The translations under genes and the position numbers were made by a program. Below, piece after piece: positions 27,241 through 40,586 of a stretch of 64,000 nt of DNA. The stretch covers positions 15,252,001 through 15,316,000 of the forward strand of contig OX597831.1 in assembly GCA_951406725.2 (NCBI GenBank), written 5' to 3'. The stretch comes from Octopus vulgaris (Eukaryota). The notes beneath the pieces are model-generated. The model was not told the origin of the DNA. It searched no databases and saw only the letters and a program-made list of their open reading frames with translations. Within the stretch, counting starts at the first letter, position 1. Each line of letters opens with the position of its first letter.

Positions 27241-27826
27241 AAACAGACTTCAGCGATATAGAATTCATATCGGGTGAGAATAGATTCCATTCAAGGGAGT
27301 GTCATAACATTGTAACATCTATGGGGTTACATTTTGCTACTCTCTTTGAATAAGTAGATCAATAATTCTTTGTAATTTTGGAACAATGAGGTCAGCAATA
27401 TTAAGGGGAAGTAGAAATCAATTTCATCCATTTTTGTACTCACCCAAATCATACATGCGTTCCTTAAAACTCACTAAAATGTCTAACTACTTCATAGAGC
27501 CATAGGAAACATTATTCAAGACGAAGTATTTAATAAGTTCCTGTCAGCACGGTTATTATCTGTTACAAATATCATTTCTTTAACAATGTAGGTCAGTGTG
27601 TCGTCTCGGTGACTGGGGCTTTGGCTCGTAGCAATTTTCGCTAAATGAAAATATTTTAGTACAATTTGCAGAAATATTTCTAAGAGAGGCCTTTATATTA
27701 CAGAAAATTACTTTATAAAGTATTTAAATATATAACACAATCTATTTGAGTGATTTCACTACAGGCATTTTAGGTGCATACATAAACAGATACTCTCCTT
27801 TATTTACACATATAATTCTAGGTCTG

Positions 27827-27912
<86 letters not shown>

Positions 27913-27918
27913 CGTCTT

Positions 27919-27950
<32 letters not shown>

Positions 27951-28167
27951 TTTCTCTATATATATGGGGGAGAAAGTTCTGTCGGTAATGTCGACAAGAG
28001 AAATAAAACTCAAGAAATTAGTCCAAGAATATGATTTTACGGGGTTTTAATTGGCCAACTATTTCACAAGTGTTTCAAAGGCCGAGCGCTTCCTGCATGA
28101 CATGAAACCAACGCCTCACTCTATCCTACTCTCTGTCTGACTGTTTGTCTGTCTGCCAGTGTCTCCC

Positions 28168-28201
<34 letters not shown>

Positions 28202-28410
28202 CTCGTGTGTATATATATATGAATGTACGTATGTATGCATATATATATAGGGAGAATGACGAAGACAAGTGGTGTAGACAACAAACAGATGTATTAGTTT
28301 AATGCTCGGGAAGTGAAAAAGTTTATATATATATTATTTATAGAAAACATCCCTCTATTTATATAATATCTACCTCACATTCATTCATTTCACGTCAAAT
28401 TATTAGTATT

Positions 28411-28477
<67 letters not shown>

Positions 28478-28896
28478 TTTGTATTTAGGTGGCAAGATCC
28501 TTTAAGTGAATTTTTGTGTTGAAGGATATTTTATTGTGTCTGAGGAGATTCATTCTGTTTACATGCATTATTAATGAACACAGTCACCGGTTCGCTTTCC
28601 ACTCATTTACTTTGTTATCTTCCTAAAATGTTCGTTGCTTCTTGCCACCTCTTTAATACTCTTTAAATCTGTCCGTTATCGGAGCTGCATTATTTTTGTT
28701 TGTTTCCTTGTGTGCATGTGTGTGCGTCAGTTGCTCATGTATACACATGTATGCATGTATTTATGCATGTAGGCAGGTAGGTAGGTAGGTAGGTAGGTAG
28801 CTAGATATGTACGTGTGTGTGTGCTTGTTGGTTTTTATTACCTATATACATATCTATCTATTTCTCTATCAGTAGTTTACTTACAAATCCATGTAC

Positions 28897-28933
<37 letters not shown>

Positions 28934-29049
28934 TATATATACACGTCTATATAACAGCCTACTAACAAATCTTCCTGTTTGTGTATTCTGTCGATATTGG
29001 GATGTCACTACCTTCTATATATATTTCCAATTTAGTACTGGGGATGTTT

Positions 29050-30300
29050 AATTTATAAGGACACACTTCTGTGTTTGACTGAGCGTTGGGTTTTTCGAAG
29101 GCGTGGATAAATTTCCGGATGCCAAATCGACCCAGTATGACTCCACATTGGACTTTGGCATGTTGGTAGAGTATAAAGGACTGTTCGTTTATTCTCATGT
29201 TGTCTCATACGTCCATTTTATCCGTCCGCAATGCTTCTAGATATCTCAGCAATATGTAAGTCTCGTCCTTGTCTTTACAAGCAGTCTCTATGCACCTTAT
29301 GTAGTAGACTACATATCTAGATCTACAATTACTCCAAGGTTTAACCTTACATACTATGCAGTTGGTGCATGCGATATTCTTAAATGGGTACGTCCTACAT
29401 CTGGCTATTCAAATGTTGAATTTGGCCTCCTTCAGAACTCTTCTAAATCTGTTCTACTAGTTCTACTTAGGTTATGGCCTCTACAAATATAACTGTCGGC
29501 CTTGTGCCATGTGTTCACCTGGTTTGCTTTTTCAGAAAATCCCTGTGTCCTATTCCAGTCTTTATTTCTCTATCTAGTACTGCTACCACTGGTTTCATTA
29601 CGTATAACTTCTTTCTAGCTTGCCAGTATACCCGACTCCTATCATTTTGGTCATATCCAGAGAACTGCATGGAGTGCATGGAGTTCTGTAAATGTTTCTT
29701 TGTTTCATACGGTTAGCATATGGAGGACACATTGTCTATTGTCCTAAATAAGTCTGCTATAATTATGTTGATTTTCATGTTGTTTGACAAAGCTGAGTTA
29801 GGAATTGTATGGGACAGTCGAGACGGTTTAGAATCTGTCACAGGCCTTTTCTACTCACAGTCTCGAACACTTTTGTCAGATCGACTATTCTTGCATGAAG
29901 TGCTTTGTTTTGCACCCGGAATTTTTCTTAGAGCTGCCTGAGAATGAAACGCACATATGTTGTGCCCCTGCTGGTTCTGAAATCACATTATCTTTCTGGG
30001 AGAGGATTTTCGGCGATGGACAGAAGAGGTCTGTTGAGAAGTAATGTTACTCCTCCATATAGGTTTGTTGACATGCTCGCTAATCATTATGGTGGTTATA
30101 AATCTTTTGTACCCCTACATACGACCTAAACTCCTGGTATCTTCCTAGCTCATTTAATGGTCATTATAGCTTTGTTTGTTCTCTCACTCAAGGCCATCTT
30201 GGGCTGGACTCTAGTTGTATTCCCATTATGGTCAGATATCGTTGTATTGTTTGAAATTCTATGTATCCTCTGATGAAAACACTTCTCCGCCATGGTGAAA
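29050..30300 (-). mobile_element. Highly decayed Penelope-like element interrupted by an RTE fragment
   Basis: Manual translation gives thumb-like LSNNMKINIIIADLFR..KKHLQNSMHSMQFSGYDQNDR and GIY-YIG-like CTNCIVCKVKPWSNCRSRYVVYYIRCIETACKDKDETYI/AEISRS, with many stops. Confidence 0.6.
29795..30048 (-). mobile_element. RTE-clade LINE reverse transcriptase fragment
   Basis: LLNRPLLSIAENPLPER*CDFRTSRGTTYVRFILRQL*EKFRVQNKALHARIVDLTKVFETVSRKGL*QILNRLDCP matches the RTE pattern LPESQCGFR..RQLQEK..DLTKAFDTV. Confidence 0.8.
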
Positions 30301-30782
30301 TGTACTCATTCCTCAATAAATGCGTTAGAAATGGGCTGTAATGAACTGATATTTATCCACCGTTTATTATTTATTTATTTCCTCATAATACACAGAAAGA
30401 GATTTACTGTTAAGACTTAAATTTTCTCTATACATAACCTGAATATTTCATTAAAAGTACTGCAGTACCCATCGTATTTATTCCACTAAAGCTCACGTTT
30501 ATGAGTTAATTGAACCCAACATGGAGCATAACATTTAATCACCTGATTCTCACCGGAACCTCACTTTTGTGTATGTGTGTGTGTGTGTGGGGAGCTATGT
30601 GTATGCTGAAAATTTAAGGACACAGATATTGTGTTGTATAGCCAGCCCGAAACGACGTTTCCTGGGGCTAAACGACAGTAACATTTGTCCTATCCAAGAC
30701 TGTCACATTACGTTCGCAAATAGTCTTTACTCTAAAGTATTGTCACCGAATATCTCTCTTTGTGAGATTTAGAAATAATAGC

Positions 30783-30836
<54 letters not shown>

Positions 30837-31524
30837 CGTTTATAAGAGTGCGAAAAAGACGTGTTCAAATGAAATTAAGACAGAGATAAAGAAACATTAA
30901 TCATAGAACAAACATTAAAATCAGGACAACGACTTTATATATAACACCATATGCCCGAACATTTGATCATATATAAATATTACCATGGTTCTTAAGCATA
31001 TAAAATACACACACACACACATGTTGAATATTCTGCTCTGAAATTTTCAGATATTTAATATAGGTCGAAACTTCCGTAAATAATCTTAGCATCGCGTGTT
31101 TTCCTTCCCCATTACCCCATTACCGTGTGTGTAGTTGTGTAGTTGCTAATGATAAAAGCTCTCATCTTTTTTCATTAATATACTGTTTTATTGCAAATAA
31201 TGTCTCCACGGTTTGCACTATTTCCGCTGAACTGAGAACATCCATCACACTTTAAACAAGCAAAGAAAAACAGCGCATGAAATTGGCCCCCCAAAATCTA
31301 ACCTTTTACACCAAAATCAACTTGCTTCCGTTTTTTTTCCTTTTTCTTATATTTCATCAAGTCATTTATTTTATGTGTATTTAGTGTATGTGTTTTTATA
31401 TCATGTTATTGTATTTCATTTTGTCCAACAATCTTTGTTAATTTTAGGTGTTTCATACCTTCTCCGTGTGAAATCTTGAATATGAGAATAGAATATGTGT
31501 GTTTGGTGACACAGATTATATGTA

Positions 31525-32095
31525 TATGAGGAACCGAGTTAGTAAATGTTTTTATTTTCATTTCACTAAATTTATCTAGCTTCTGTGTTTCTAGCACATA
31601 TTTCGCCTTAATGTACTGATATATGAATAATATATGGCCTGAGCTAGTTTCACCAGCGATAATAATTAATTTTATTTTATCGCAATTTGACTTGTTTACA
31701 TATTTCTCGATAAATTTTGAGCGTTAGACAATATACCAGAAATCCCTAGTTTTGTCGGGACGTTCTGAGTCTGCGCAGTGATCTGATTAGTTAGAGAGAG
31801 CAAATCATTAGAAGCACATGCTTCTAGTGAGTTAGGATCTCAGAACAACAGGGCTCTTACCGATGAATTCTCCCTGAGCAAATAAATTATCTTTATTGAA
31901 GAAAAGAACGAAACTGCAGTCTAAGAGGAACCGAGTTAGTAAATGTTTTTATTTTCATTTCACTAAATTTATCTAGCTTCTGTGTTTCTAGCACATATTT
32001 CGCCTTAATGTACTGATATATGAATAATATATGGCCTGAGCTAGTTTCACCAGCGATAATAATTAATTTTATTTTATCGCAATTTGACTTGTTTA
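31525..32095 (+). mobile_element. Retrozyme-like unit: 397-nt monomer plus ~170-nt terminal redundancy, one HHR
   Basis: 31528-31698 appears identical to 31925-32095 (period 397). HHR at 31854-31927. No coding capacity. Ends in (TA)n. Confidence 0.75.
31854..31927 (+). ncRNA. Type I hammerhead motif (U4C variant)
   Basis: ctctta-CCGATGA-attct..agaac-GAAA(31910-31913)-ctgcag-TC-taagag. 6-bp stem I, palindromic stem III, A.C mismatch at 10.1-11.1. Predicted cleavage after 31921. Confidence 0.75.
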
Positions 32096-32112
32096 TATAT
32101 ATATATATATAT

Positions 32113-32661
32113 CATCAATCTTAAAATTTATCCACAGATGATATGAACAGTAATGACACCTGATTTCAAATCTCAGTGTTTAAATGTTTTGCTTATAAAA
32201 TCTTATGCACCATGTGCTCTGTTTTTGGCGCAAATGGAAACCAGTTGCACAGAGTGTTTCGTGACAGTTATGGACTATTACCCGGTAGGCCACACTGACG
32301 AGGCTCAGGGTTTAAATACCCAAAAGCCGAAACCTGGTTTGTGGATATCCCTAATTGAATAATATTTTTATTTGTGCTGTTAAATGTTTTAATTCTTTGT
32401 TTTCCTCGCAAAATGTTTTTCTCTGATACCTTGCTGCGGTACGGTGGATAAATTTAAGACTTTAGCTTTTATTTCTAGCATGTAGATGCTTGTTAAGCAT
32501 CCTTACTCTTCATGTAACTTTATATTTCATAACTATTTAATGCTATTCCGCCTGTGATCCACCTATGTTACTGCTGGTGACATCAATTTTAGAATTTATC
32601 CACAGATGATATGAATAGAAGTGACATCTATTTTCAAATCTGTGATTGAATGTTTTGCTTA
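32113..32661 (+). mobile_element. Second retrozyme/pLTR-like unit: ~468-nt period with ~80-nt diverged terminal redundancy, one HHR
   Basis: catcaat..aatttatccacagatgatatgaa..tttcaaatct..aatgttttgctta at 32113-32195 and 32581-32661. HHR at 32290-32344. (TA)n on both sides. Confidence 0.68.
32290..32344 (+). ncRNA. Type I hammerhead ribozyme motif, canonical core
   Basis: ccaca-CTGACGA-ggct ca gggt ttaaat accc aaa agcc-GAAA-cctgg-TT-tgtgg. 5-bp stem I, bipartite stem II, GUU site. Confidence 0.8.
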
Positions 32662-32685
32662 CATGTATATATATATATATGTGTG

Positions 32686-32736
<51 letters not shown>

Positions 32737-32744
32737 CTGTGTCT

Positions 32745-32930
32745 GTGACAACCGATGTTGGTCTGTTTACGTACTCGTAACTTAGTGGTTCGGCAAAAGA
32801 CCCCCGATACAATAAGTACTAGACTTACAAAGAATAAGTCATTGGGTCGATTTCTTCAGCTAACATCTTTAAGGTGGTGCCCCAGCATGACCGCTGCCAT
32901 ATGATTGAGACAAGTATAAGAATAAAAGAG
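32745..32930 (+). mobile_element. SINE family C, 3' half
   Basis: acaaccgatgttggtctgtttacg..ggttcggcaaaag..ggtggtgccccagcatgaccgc tail. Related tail fragments occur reversed at ~5452-5492 and ~12131-12172. Confidence 0.55.
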
Positions 32931-32941
32931 TAGAAGAATAT

Positions 32942-32976
<35 letters not shown>

Positions 32977-33266
32977 TGTGCACATATCAACCGTATGCAT
33001 ACTTGCACATTTCCTATTTCGGTTAATGACCAGGCCAAGAACATTAGTGTCGGGCCCTGAGGAGGCCATTTATTTCAATCCAGATCTTATCTCCTCATTT
33101 AACTTCTTTCCATCTCACCGTTTCCTAAAAATGGTTGTTGATTTTGTGGTTGTTATTGTTGTTGTTGTTCTTCGTCTTCGTTTTCTCCCTCGTTTCTCCC
33201 TCCTCCCTCATACGATCTGTTGCCACCCGAAATAATTATATTTACATATTCAGCTGATCTCTCTCC

Positions 33267-33307
<41 letters not shown>

Positions 33308-33432
33308 TCAAACACACACATGTAAATATAATTAATGTATACGCATGTATATATATTTAGATATATATATACATATATGTACACATACATACATATGTAT
33401 ATATATATATACATATAGATATACATATACAT

Positions 33433-33481
<49 letters not shown>

Positions 33482-34384
33482 CATACATAAAGACCTACGC
33501 ACACACTCATATAGGCACTCAAACACACACGCACACATACATATACAAGCTCATAAACAATTCACGGTCATAGAAAATTAGTTGAAAGCGATAGTTATAT
33601 TGGCAAGTTAATTCTATTTGCTTCATTACGGGAAAGAACTGTCTTATAAATCCTAATTAATTAAGTATTTAAAGTTTTAATGCTATATACTGCTCATTAT
33701 TCTTTAATTTATTTTTAAGCTCTTTCTAATTTAAACTGTCGTTTTTTAGAAATCGCCAATGGCGAGTAGAAAGCTGTCTACAACTAGTGATATTAAGCTA
33801 TATCCAGTAATGATATTAATTTAAACGGAGGTATTTTATGAAGATTGTGTGTATGCGCACACAATTTGCTGTAGATAATTCTCATAAAATCACGACGCAC
33901 ATTTAGAAAATATGATAAACACTGTCTCAAGAATGGTTGTCGCGTGTCCTGAACCAGCCGCCGAGGAAAGGCGTGTGTTTAGATGTTTGGTGCGCATAAT
34001 GAGGTTTTACTGCAGACCCGAAGACACTCACAGACATTTATGAGAGGAAAACTCACACATAACTAATGAGTCATACTCATTTGTGGTCATACATGCATAC
34101 AGGCATACTTACAGATATACAGACATACATTAATACACACATAAAACTTGCAAGCATACATACATATGAAATAATAGCAGAATCCCCGTAAATGGCTATG
34201 CTCAGTGGATTTTAAACAATGCTAAATCATTTCGAAACTCCTTTATTTTGAAATTCATGAATTCACTTGACGGAAACAGCTTCTTTACAATGTTATAATA
34301 ATTTCATTGATCAATTAAAGGAGTCGTTAGATGCGTCCGTAATGGATGGACACCTCTACCTCTACTGCTAGTAGATACATCTAC

Positions 34385-34445
<61 letters not shown>

Positions 34446-34468
34446 CATCTATCTATCTATTTATATAT

Positions 34469-35674
34469 ATAGGGTCAGAAAAACAAATTTCTTTTATAAT
34501 CTAAAACATTCTCTCCTTTATTTTCTACAATGCTCTTCCGTGTATCTGGTAAACTTTCAAGGACCCTCATCCAAAATTCACATGTGCCTGACGAAAGATA
34601 CTCGCCGAGTTCTGTTCTGACCTCGTCTACAGAATTCATATTTTCTCCGTCCAAATGATTTTGAAGACTTCGGAATAAATAATAATCACATGGGGCAATG
34701 TCCGACGAATATAGTGAAGGGGGATCGTTTCCCATTCTAACTGCTCTAACCTTTGGAATGTCATCCTTGCTGTATGTGGCCGAGCATTATCCTGATGGAG
34801 GAGCACATTTAGTCTTGAAACCAAAAATGGTCATCTGTCTTCTGTCGCTGACGTAAGCCGCTGAAGCTGCTCAGAGTAGACCTCCTTTGTTAATCTGGCC
34901 TAAACTTTCCATAGCCCATCAAACAGATTACAACACCATACGTTGGTGGAGATGCTCTCTAGACTGTGGTGCCGGCATTTCTCATTTCCCTACCCACTAT
35001 CTCCCATGCTTGACATTTTTATACACAACTAATTTCTCTTCACCAGTTCGTATTCAGTCCAAAAAAAGCTTCATTCGTTAGATATGACAGCAAACAAGGG
35101 CACGCATTCACACTCTACACACGATTAGACTCGTAAAATTTGTGAGGAACCCATTGACCCAATTTGCTGACTTTTCCGATGAAATGCACGTGCCGATGAA
35201 CGATTGAATCACCAAATCCAAACTTCCCTGCTAGTTCCCGAATAACTACGATTTTCTTCCACGAGATTTTGTCGAAGGTCCTCGTCGAGCTATGCAGATT
35301 TTTAAGGACGAAGGCCGTCTTCTAGTTTGTAGTTTCCGGATCAGAATTTCTGGAACCACTGTTGGCACTGGCTTACGCTTATTGTCCGATCACCATATAC
35401 TGCATTAATATTCCCCGCACTTTCCGTTGCCGTTTTGCCTTTATCGATCTCAGAAAGCGAAATATGCCGAATATACTCCTTTGTCACTTCCATTATAGCT
35501 TCGAAAAAAATAACTGGTCAAATTGAACCTTCGCTCTTCATCACATGCTCTAAGAAGAAGTACAAGGAAAAACTATTACTTGCTTTTATATATAAGTTGA
35601 TGCACGTAGTTTATCCCGTCCACCTCCGACTTTTAGTTCATACAATTGAAAAACTGCATTATTTATAGGATGAC

Positions 35675-35680
<6 letters not shown>
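34469..35680 (-). mobile_element. mariner (DD34D) transposon, near full length, decayed
   Basis: N-terminus from ATG 35493: MEVTKEYIRHISLSEIDKGKTATESAGNINAVYGDRTISVSQCQQWFQKF*SG. Catalytic motifs LLHQDNARPHTA and YSSDIAPCDYYLFRSLQNHL. Ends ta-tcaggtca / ta-tagggtca in TA context. Confidence 0.92.
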
Positions 35681-35728
<48 letters not shown>

Positions 35729-35744
35729 CACATATATATTTACC

Positions 35745-35797
<53 letters not shown>

Positions 35798-38387
35798 TAT
35801 GTATATGTGTGTGTATACGTATGCATATATCTACGATTTATGTGATGCATTCTAGCAGCCTATCCACCAAATAAATTCCAGTTATAATGTTGTACTGTAA
35901 AGTCACATTTCTAAAGAAGTGGATGCCTCATTTGATTCAATTAGGTAAATGCATACGAGCAAATTTATCTTCCAAATACGTAAGATAAAAAAAGAATGAA
36001 ATATTGCTAAAAGTTTCCTCTTGTGTATAAGAAAATAATCTCCTTAGATAATATAAATATTTGAATAAGAATAATGATAAATTTTTCTACATTTAACAGG
36101 GCGTATAGCATATCAAATATCTAAGCACAAACAAAGCGTTAGAAATATAAAACCTCAACCGACTCAAGAAAATGTAATTGCCATTAAATGACACAGACAT
36201 TTTATACAGATCAAAATATCATCTCGTCATTTTGCCAAAATTATCTGTCTCTGGCTTATATAGAATACATTCAAAAAGCAACATTCAGGATACCCACATT
36301 CCTTCAGATAGAAACAATAGAATTAATTTCCCGTCTTTATCTTAATACGGCTATAAATAGAAGTATAGTGTGATTGACAACAAGTTTATTAGACAAAATT
36401 TATTCATGAGAAAAAAAATATAGAAAAACAGTTCCATGACATATGAAATATATCTAACGAAGGTGTGTAATATATTGGGTTGAATTCCTCTAGAACAGTA
36501 AAAAGGGTATAAATTATGTCTATATTTTAATATAGAGGTAAATCTTTCAAAATTAATTTTCACTCGAGATGTTCAATAAGTCTTACAGGAATTTGGTTAT
36601 ACGAGCTTTGTGGTATTTATATAGTAATACGTTTCCACTGTATATCATTATTTCTATAATTTTCCACTACCTATTCCACATAGCAATAACACACCTCTGT
36701 TCTCTCTCGCGAGAAATCAATTGATAATTTCTTTAGTAAAATCACTTCCAGTTTCAACGTTCAGCGAGCAATAATGAATTTATCAGCATACAAATAGTTT
36801 AACATAATTATCTATCACAGCAGTGCAACTGCGGCAAGAGCACAGAGTAATAATTTGTAGGAATAAATAGGAATTGTTTCATAAATAGTGCTAAAGTAGC
36901 TGTTACGATGTGACCCCAGTTAACACGGAAGTTGTCAATTCCATCGTAGTTAAAATTTCCAAGTGTATTATGATAGGGATGCGGAATTAATTACATTCTT
37001 GTATCTGAAAGAAAGCAGGAGTGGTGAATGTCGACTTTTGAAAGATATCTCCATACTCACTATAGAGCCGTCTGCAGTAAAAAGTGGAGATGCTTCTATG
37101 TGTATACAAGTGCTGTGTGACATTTTAAAGCAAGAAATACGTATAAATTTATAAATATTTTATTGTTCTGAATAGACATCATCGATTGTTGGAGATGTAA
37201 AATGTAAAGATTAACTTCGGCTGATTCTATGGTGTTGTGGCATCTTAAGGTGGGATGTGAGCACAATTAAATTGTAATAAATTGCCATTTATTGAAATAT
37301 GTGATGCGAAAGGAATATATCCTAAACGATATGTTATCTATTTCCTCAAAAGCCATACAAACAATGGCTAAACACTTACGGAATAGTCATTAAGACATTT
37401 TCTTTATCATAATTGCCATCTTGAATAAAATTGAGCTGTCATAGAGAAAATTTAATAATAGATTCATCTTCTGTCATTGTATTCTTAATATTTAATTCTC
37501 CTTAGTTCTTTTTAATCGCAATGTCAATAGGTTTTTCATTAATGCAATATCTAATCTGTAACTTTCTTCCTGAAATGTTGCATACAACGAATCATTACTT
37601 TTGAGAATTATTCAAATTGTATTCGGCTTCTATTTGATGATCTGCCAGGAATTATCAATAAGTGTCGTTTCTGGACATTATCCAGACTAAAACCAATATT
37701 TCTGTTTCATTGAACATTTCGGAGAAACACGATATTAACTTGGAAGAATAAACACGATTCTTCCTATTATTATATTGGATGTACAGCAAGAATTTAGAAT
37801 AAAAGGCTTTGTATCCAAACGTGAAGTTACTTTATTCCAAATAATGTCGTGAAATGACAGATTACGCACATTGCCTGCTGACATATGTACTTTGGTGAAT
37901 CTAATACGCAGTCAGGATAAAGACCACGTCTCTGACCCCACAAAAGAGACTCCTTTGATATATTAAGGAGAGCAGCGAATGATGCTTTGTGTGTTCTCAT
38001 CGGTTAACAAGATGGAGATCGACCAGTTCTGTGAGAACTGGGCATGACTGAAAAAATGTGTTCTAAGAGCTACATATCTCAGATAGATAAGCTTAGGAAT
38101 ATCTTAAATCCACATTTTGTGAATTATGTGTTGTAAGAGAGTTGGGGGAAAATCATATAACATCTAGAGAAAAAATTGTTGTCCAGGTTCATAATTAACC
38201 ATTGCTTTCTCCGTGTAAGCTTCAGGAATTTATTTGCATCTGCATTTCCCTTGGTGATGTACGACTCACTCTCAAGTAACAGTGTTCTCTAGTTTTTGAG
38301 GATCTTTTCTAAAAGCGATGGTGTTGCATGAGATACCAAAGTGTTCAACAAGGACAACCGCGTGAATTCGAAAGCCTGGAAGAAGTT

Positions 38388-38433
<46 letters not shown>

Positions 38434-38554
38434 ACTCTCTCTCTCACTCTCTCTCTCTAACTCTATCTCTGTCTTTCCCCATGTCTCCACTGTCTCTGAA
38501 CGTACACATGTAAGCATATATACATATACAAACTATATATACGCATGTCTAGCT

Positions 38555-38640
38555 TGCTTACATCCACATGGTCCTCGGTTCACTCCCACTGCATGGCACA
38601 TTGGGCAAGTGTCTTCTACTATAACCCCGAGTCGACGTAA
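38555..38640 (+). mobile_element. SINE family C head fragment (tRNA-like + CORE-like)
   Basis: ccacatggtcctcggttcactcccactg..ttgggcaagtgtcttctactata. Confidence 0.55.
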
Positions 38641-39242
38641 ATATCATCGAGTAAATATGGACAGAACTAAGGACAATAGTTCGCCAGAAGAATCTACGCA
38701 ATCATGAAGAGCTGTTGGAGCACAGCCTCAGGGGTCGGCATCTCATACCTGTGAAGATGACGAAGGATTTCTACGCACCTCTTCTCAGGTACATTGAAGC
38801 AATTATTCAAGCTAATGGAAGTAACACGAAATATTAACATTGTATAGTAACTTCTTGAAATGAACATTACGTAATAGATTTTCTCTATAGGCATTTTTCT
38901 GCTTTAAAATAATCTCTTGAATGATTTACGTGAGGTGGAGGAAAACATGTGCACGGCCATTTTTGGTGGTCGTCTCGCATCTCCCCCTTTTATTCAGAGC
39001 CCCTACTATGAAATATAATGATTAGGTACGGAAATGCCTAAAACAGGACCAATGTATCATCTATAAAAAAAAAAGGTAATGCGGGACATCCACTTATAAG
39101 TTGGCTATTAGCAGACATTTTCAATGGTTCAAAGTGGTCGAAAATTTTAGTACGATACTATATATATATACTTCAGCAATGTAACTACGCGTGGTTCGTT
39201 GGAGATTACGTCTTCTCCCTTTTGGGATATTTCCCCTTTCTC

Positions 39243-39277
39243 GTTTCCGACGAAGAGCTACGCTCGAAACCTTAAAC
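39243..39277 (+). ncRNA. Minimal hammerhead motif (U4C, extra A after A9)
   Basis: gttt-CCGACGA-A-gagc tac gctc-GAAA-cc-TT-aaac, inside a (TA)n-flanked ~250-bp unit (39171-39428). Confidence 0.55.
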
Positions 39278-39550
39278 TCTATCCTTTTACCGAGCGTGAA
39301 GCTACTACACTTCCTTTGCACGGAAAATTAATAAACTTCTTGTGCACTACCTCTTGTTCGTTGTTTGTTCTTCCTTCTTTCGTTTTCTGTCCGTCAATTC
39401 GAATAGGTTTGTTTAGGGGAATAGACTACATATATATATATATATACCGGAGTAAACACATAAATGTGAAACAAGGTGGTAAAAAGAGTACTCAAATACC
39501 AGTAGTAGAGTAATATACTTTATTTAAAGCAGCAGGAAATTCAACAAAAC

Positions 39551-39588
39551 CTGTTACTCTGAGTTTCACGTTCCCGTTCGTCAGACAG
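39551..39588 (-). ncRNA. Minimal type I hammerhead ribozyme, canonical core
   Basis: Minus strand reads ctgt-CTGACGA-acg ggaa cgt-GAAA-ctcagag-TA-acag. All three stems pair. GUA site. Confidence 0.85.
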
Positions 39589-39604
39589 TTTTTTCTAGCA
39601 AAAA

Positions 39605-39642
39605 CTGTCCGACGAACGGGAACGTGAAACTCAGAATAATAG
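39605..39642 (+). ncRNA. Mirror hammerhead copy (U4C, two further substitutions)
   Basis: ctgt-CCGACGA-acg ggaa cgt-GAAA-ctcagaa-TA-atag. Confidence 0.6.
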
Positions 39643-40272
39643 GATTTGTTGAATTTTATGGTGCGTTAAATAAAGTATATACGTATATATATATATATAT
39701 ATATATACCTACGCACGTGCGCACACACATATATACGTAAACACACACCCACACACAAGGATACAGACGCAAACGCACGCAAATTCAAACATACACAGAC
39801 ATACGCGAACACACAACACACACACACACATACACATACACACATGCACACGCGCACGCATATATAAGCAAACGCATATATAGTCAGGTGATGAGATTAG
39901 AATACGTAACGATGTAAGTTTACTCCGGAAATAAATCAAGAGGCGGGTGTAAATCCAGATAGCCTAGACTGATATCGATCTCACCGATTGGACACACTTC
40001 AATGCTTTACAGGCGACAATCCCGATGATGTTGCTTTCCTCAAACATCTCAGTTGTGAGGAATCATTGTACCATCGCAGACAGCATTAAAAGACCTAAGG
40101 AAGACATAATAGTAGCTACGAGAGAAGAGGAACGAAAAAATTCCTTAAATATCCATCCATCGGTCTACCTACCTACCTACCTACCTACTTACATACATAC
40201 ATACATACCTAACTACCTACCTATCCATCCGTCAGGTTGTCTATGTATGTATGTATCTATCTATCTCTATCA

Positions 40273-40328
<56 letters not shown>

Positions 40329-40477
40329 CTCTCTCTCTATATATATATATATCTATCTTTTTCTCTATCTCTTTATCTAACTCTCTATCACTCTATTTAT
40401 CTCTATATCTATCTATCTCTATTTTTATCTATATATCTACCTATCTATCTCTATATCTATCTATCTATCTATCTATA

Positions 40478-40520
<43 letters not shown>

Positions 40521-40529
40521 ATCTATCTG

Positions 40530-40586
<57 letters not shown>

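Larger units (their letters stand above)
39513..39680. repeat. 168-bp imperfect palindrome carrying an HHR on each arm
   Basis: Outer ends atatactttatttaa / ttaaataaagtatat, centre ~39594-39599. Near-perfect inner arms. Confidence 0.93.

Noticed and set aside
35700-38300. Long AT-rich non-repetitive stretch as a possible host exon region
   Set aside because: No ORF with a recognisable domain or convincing exon. Short exons cannot be excluded without RNA data.
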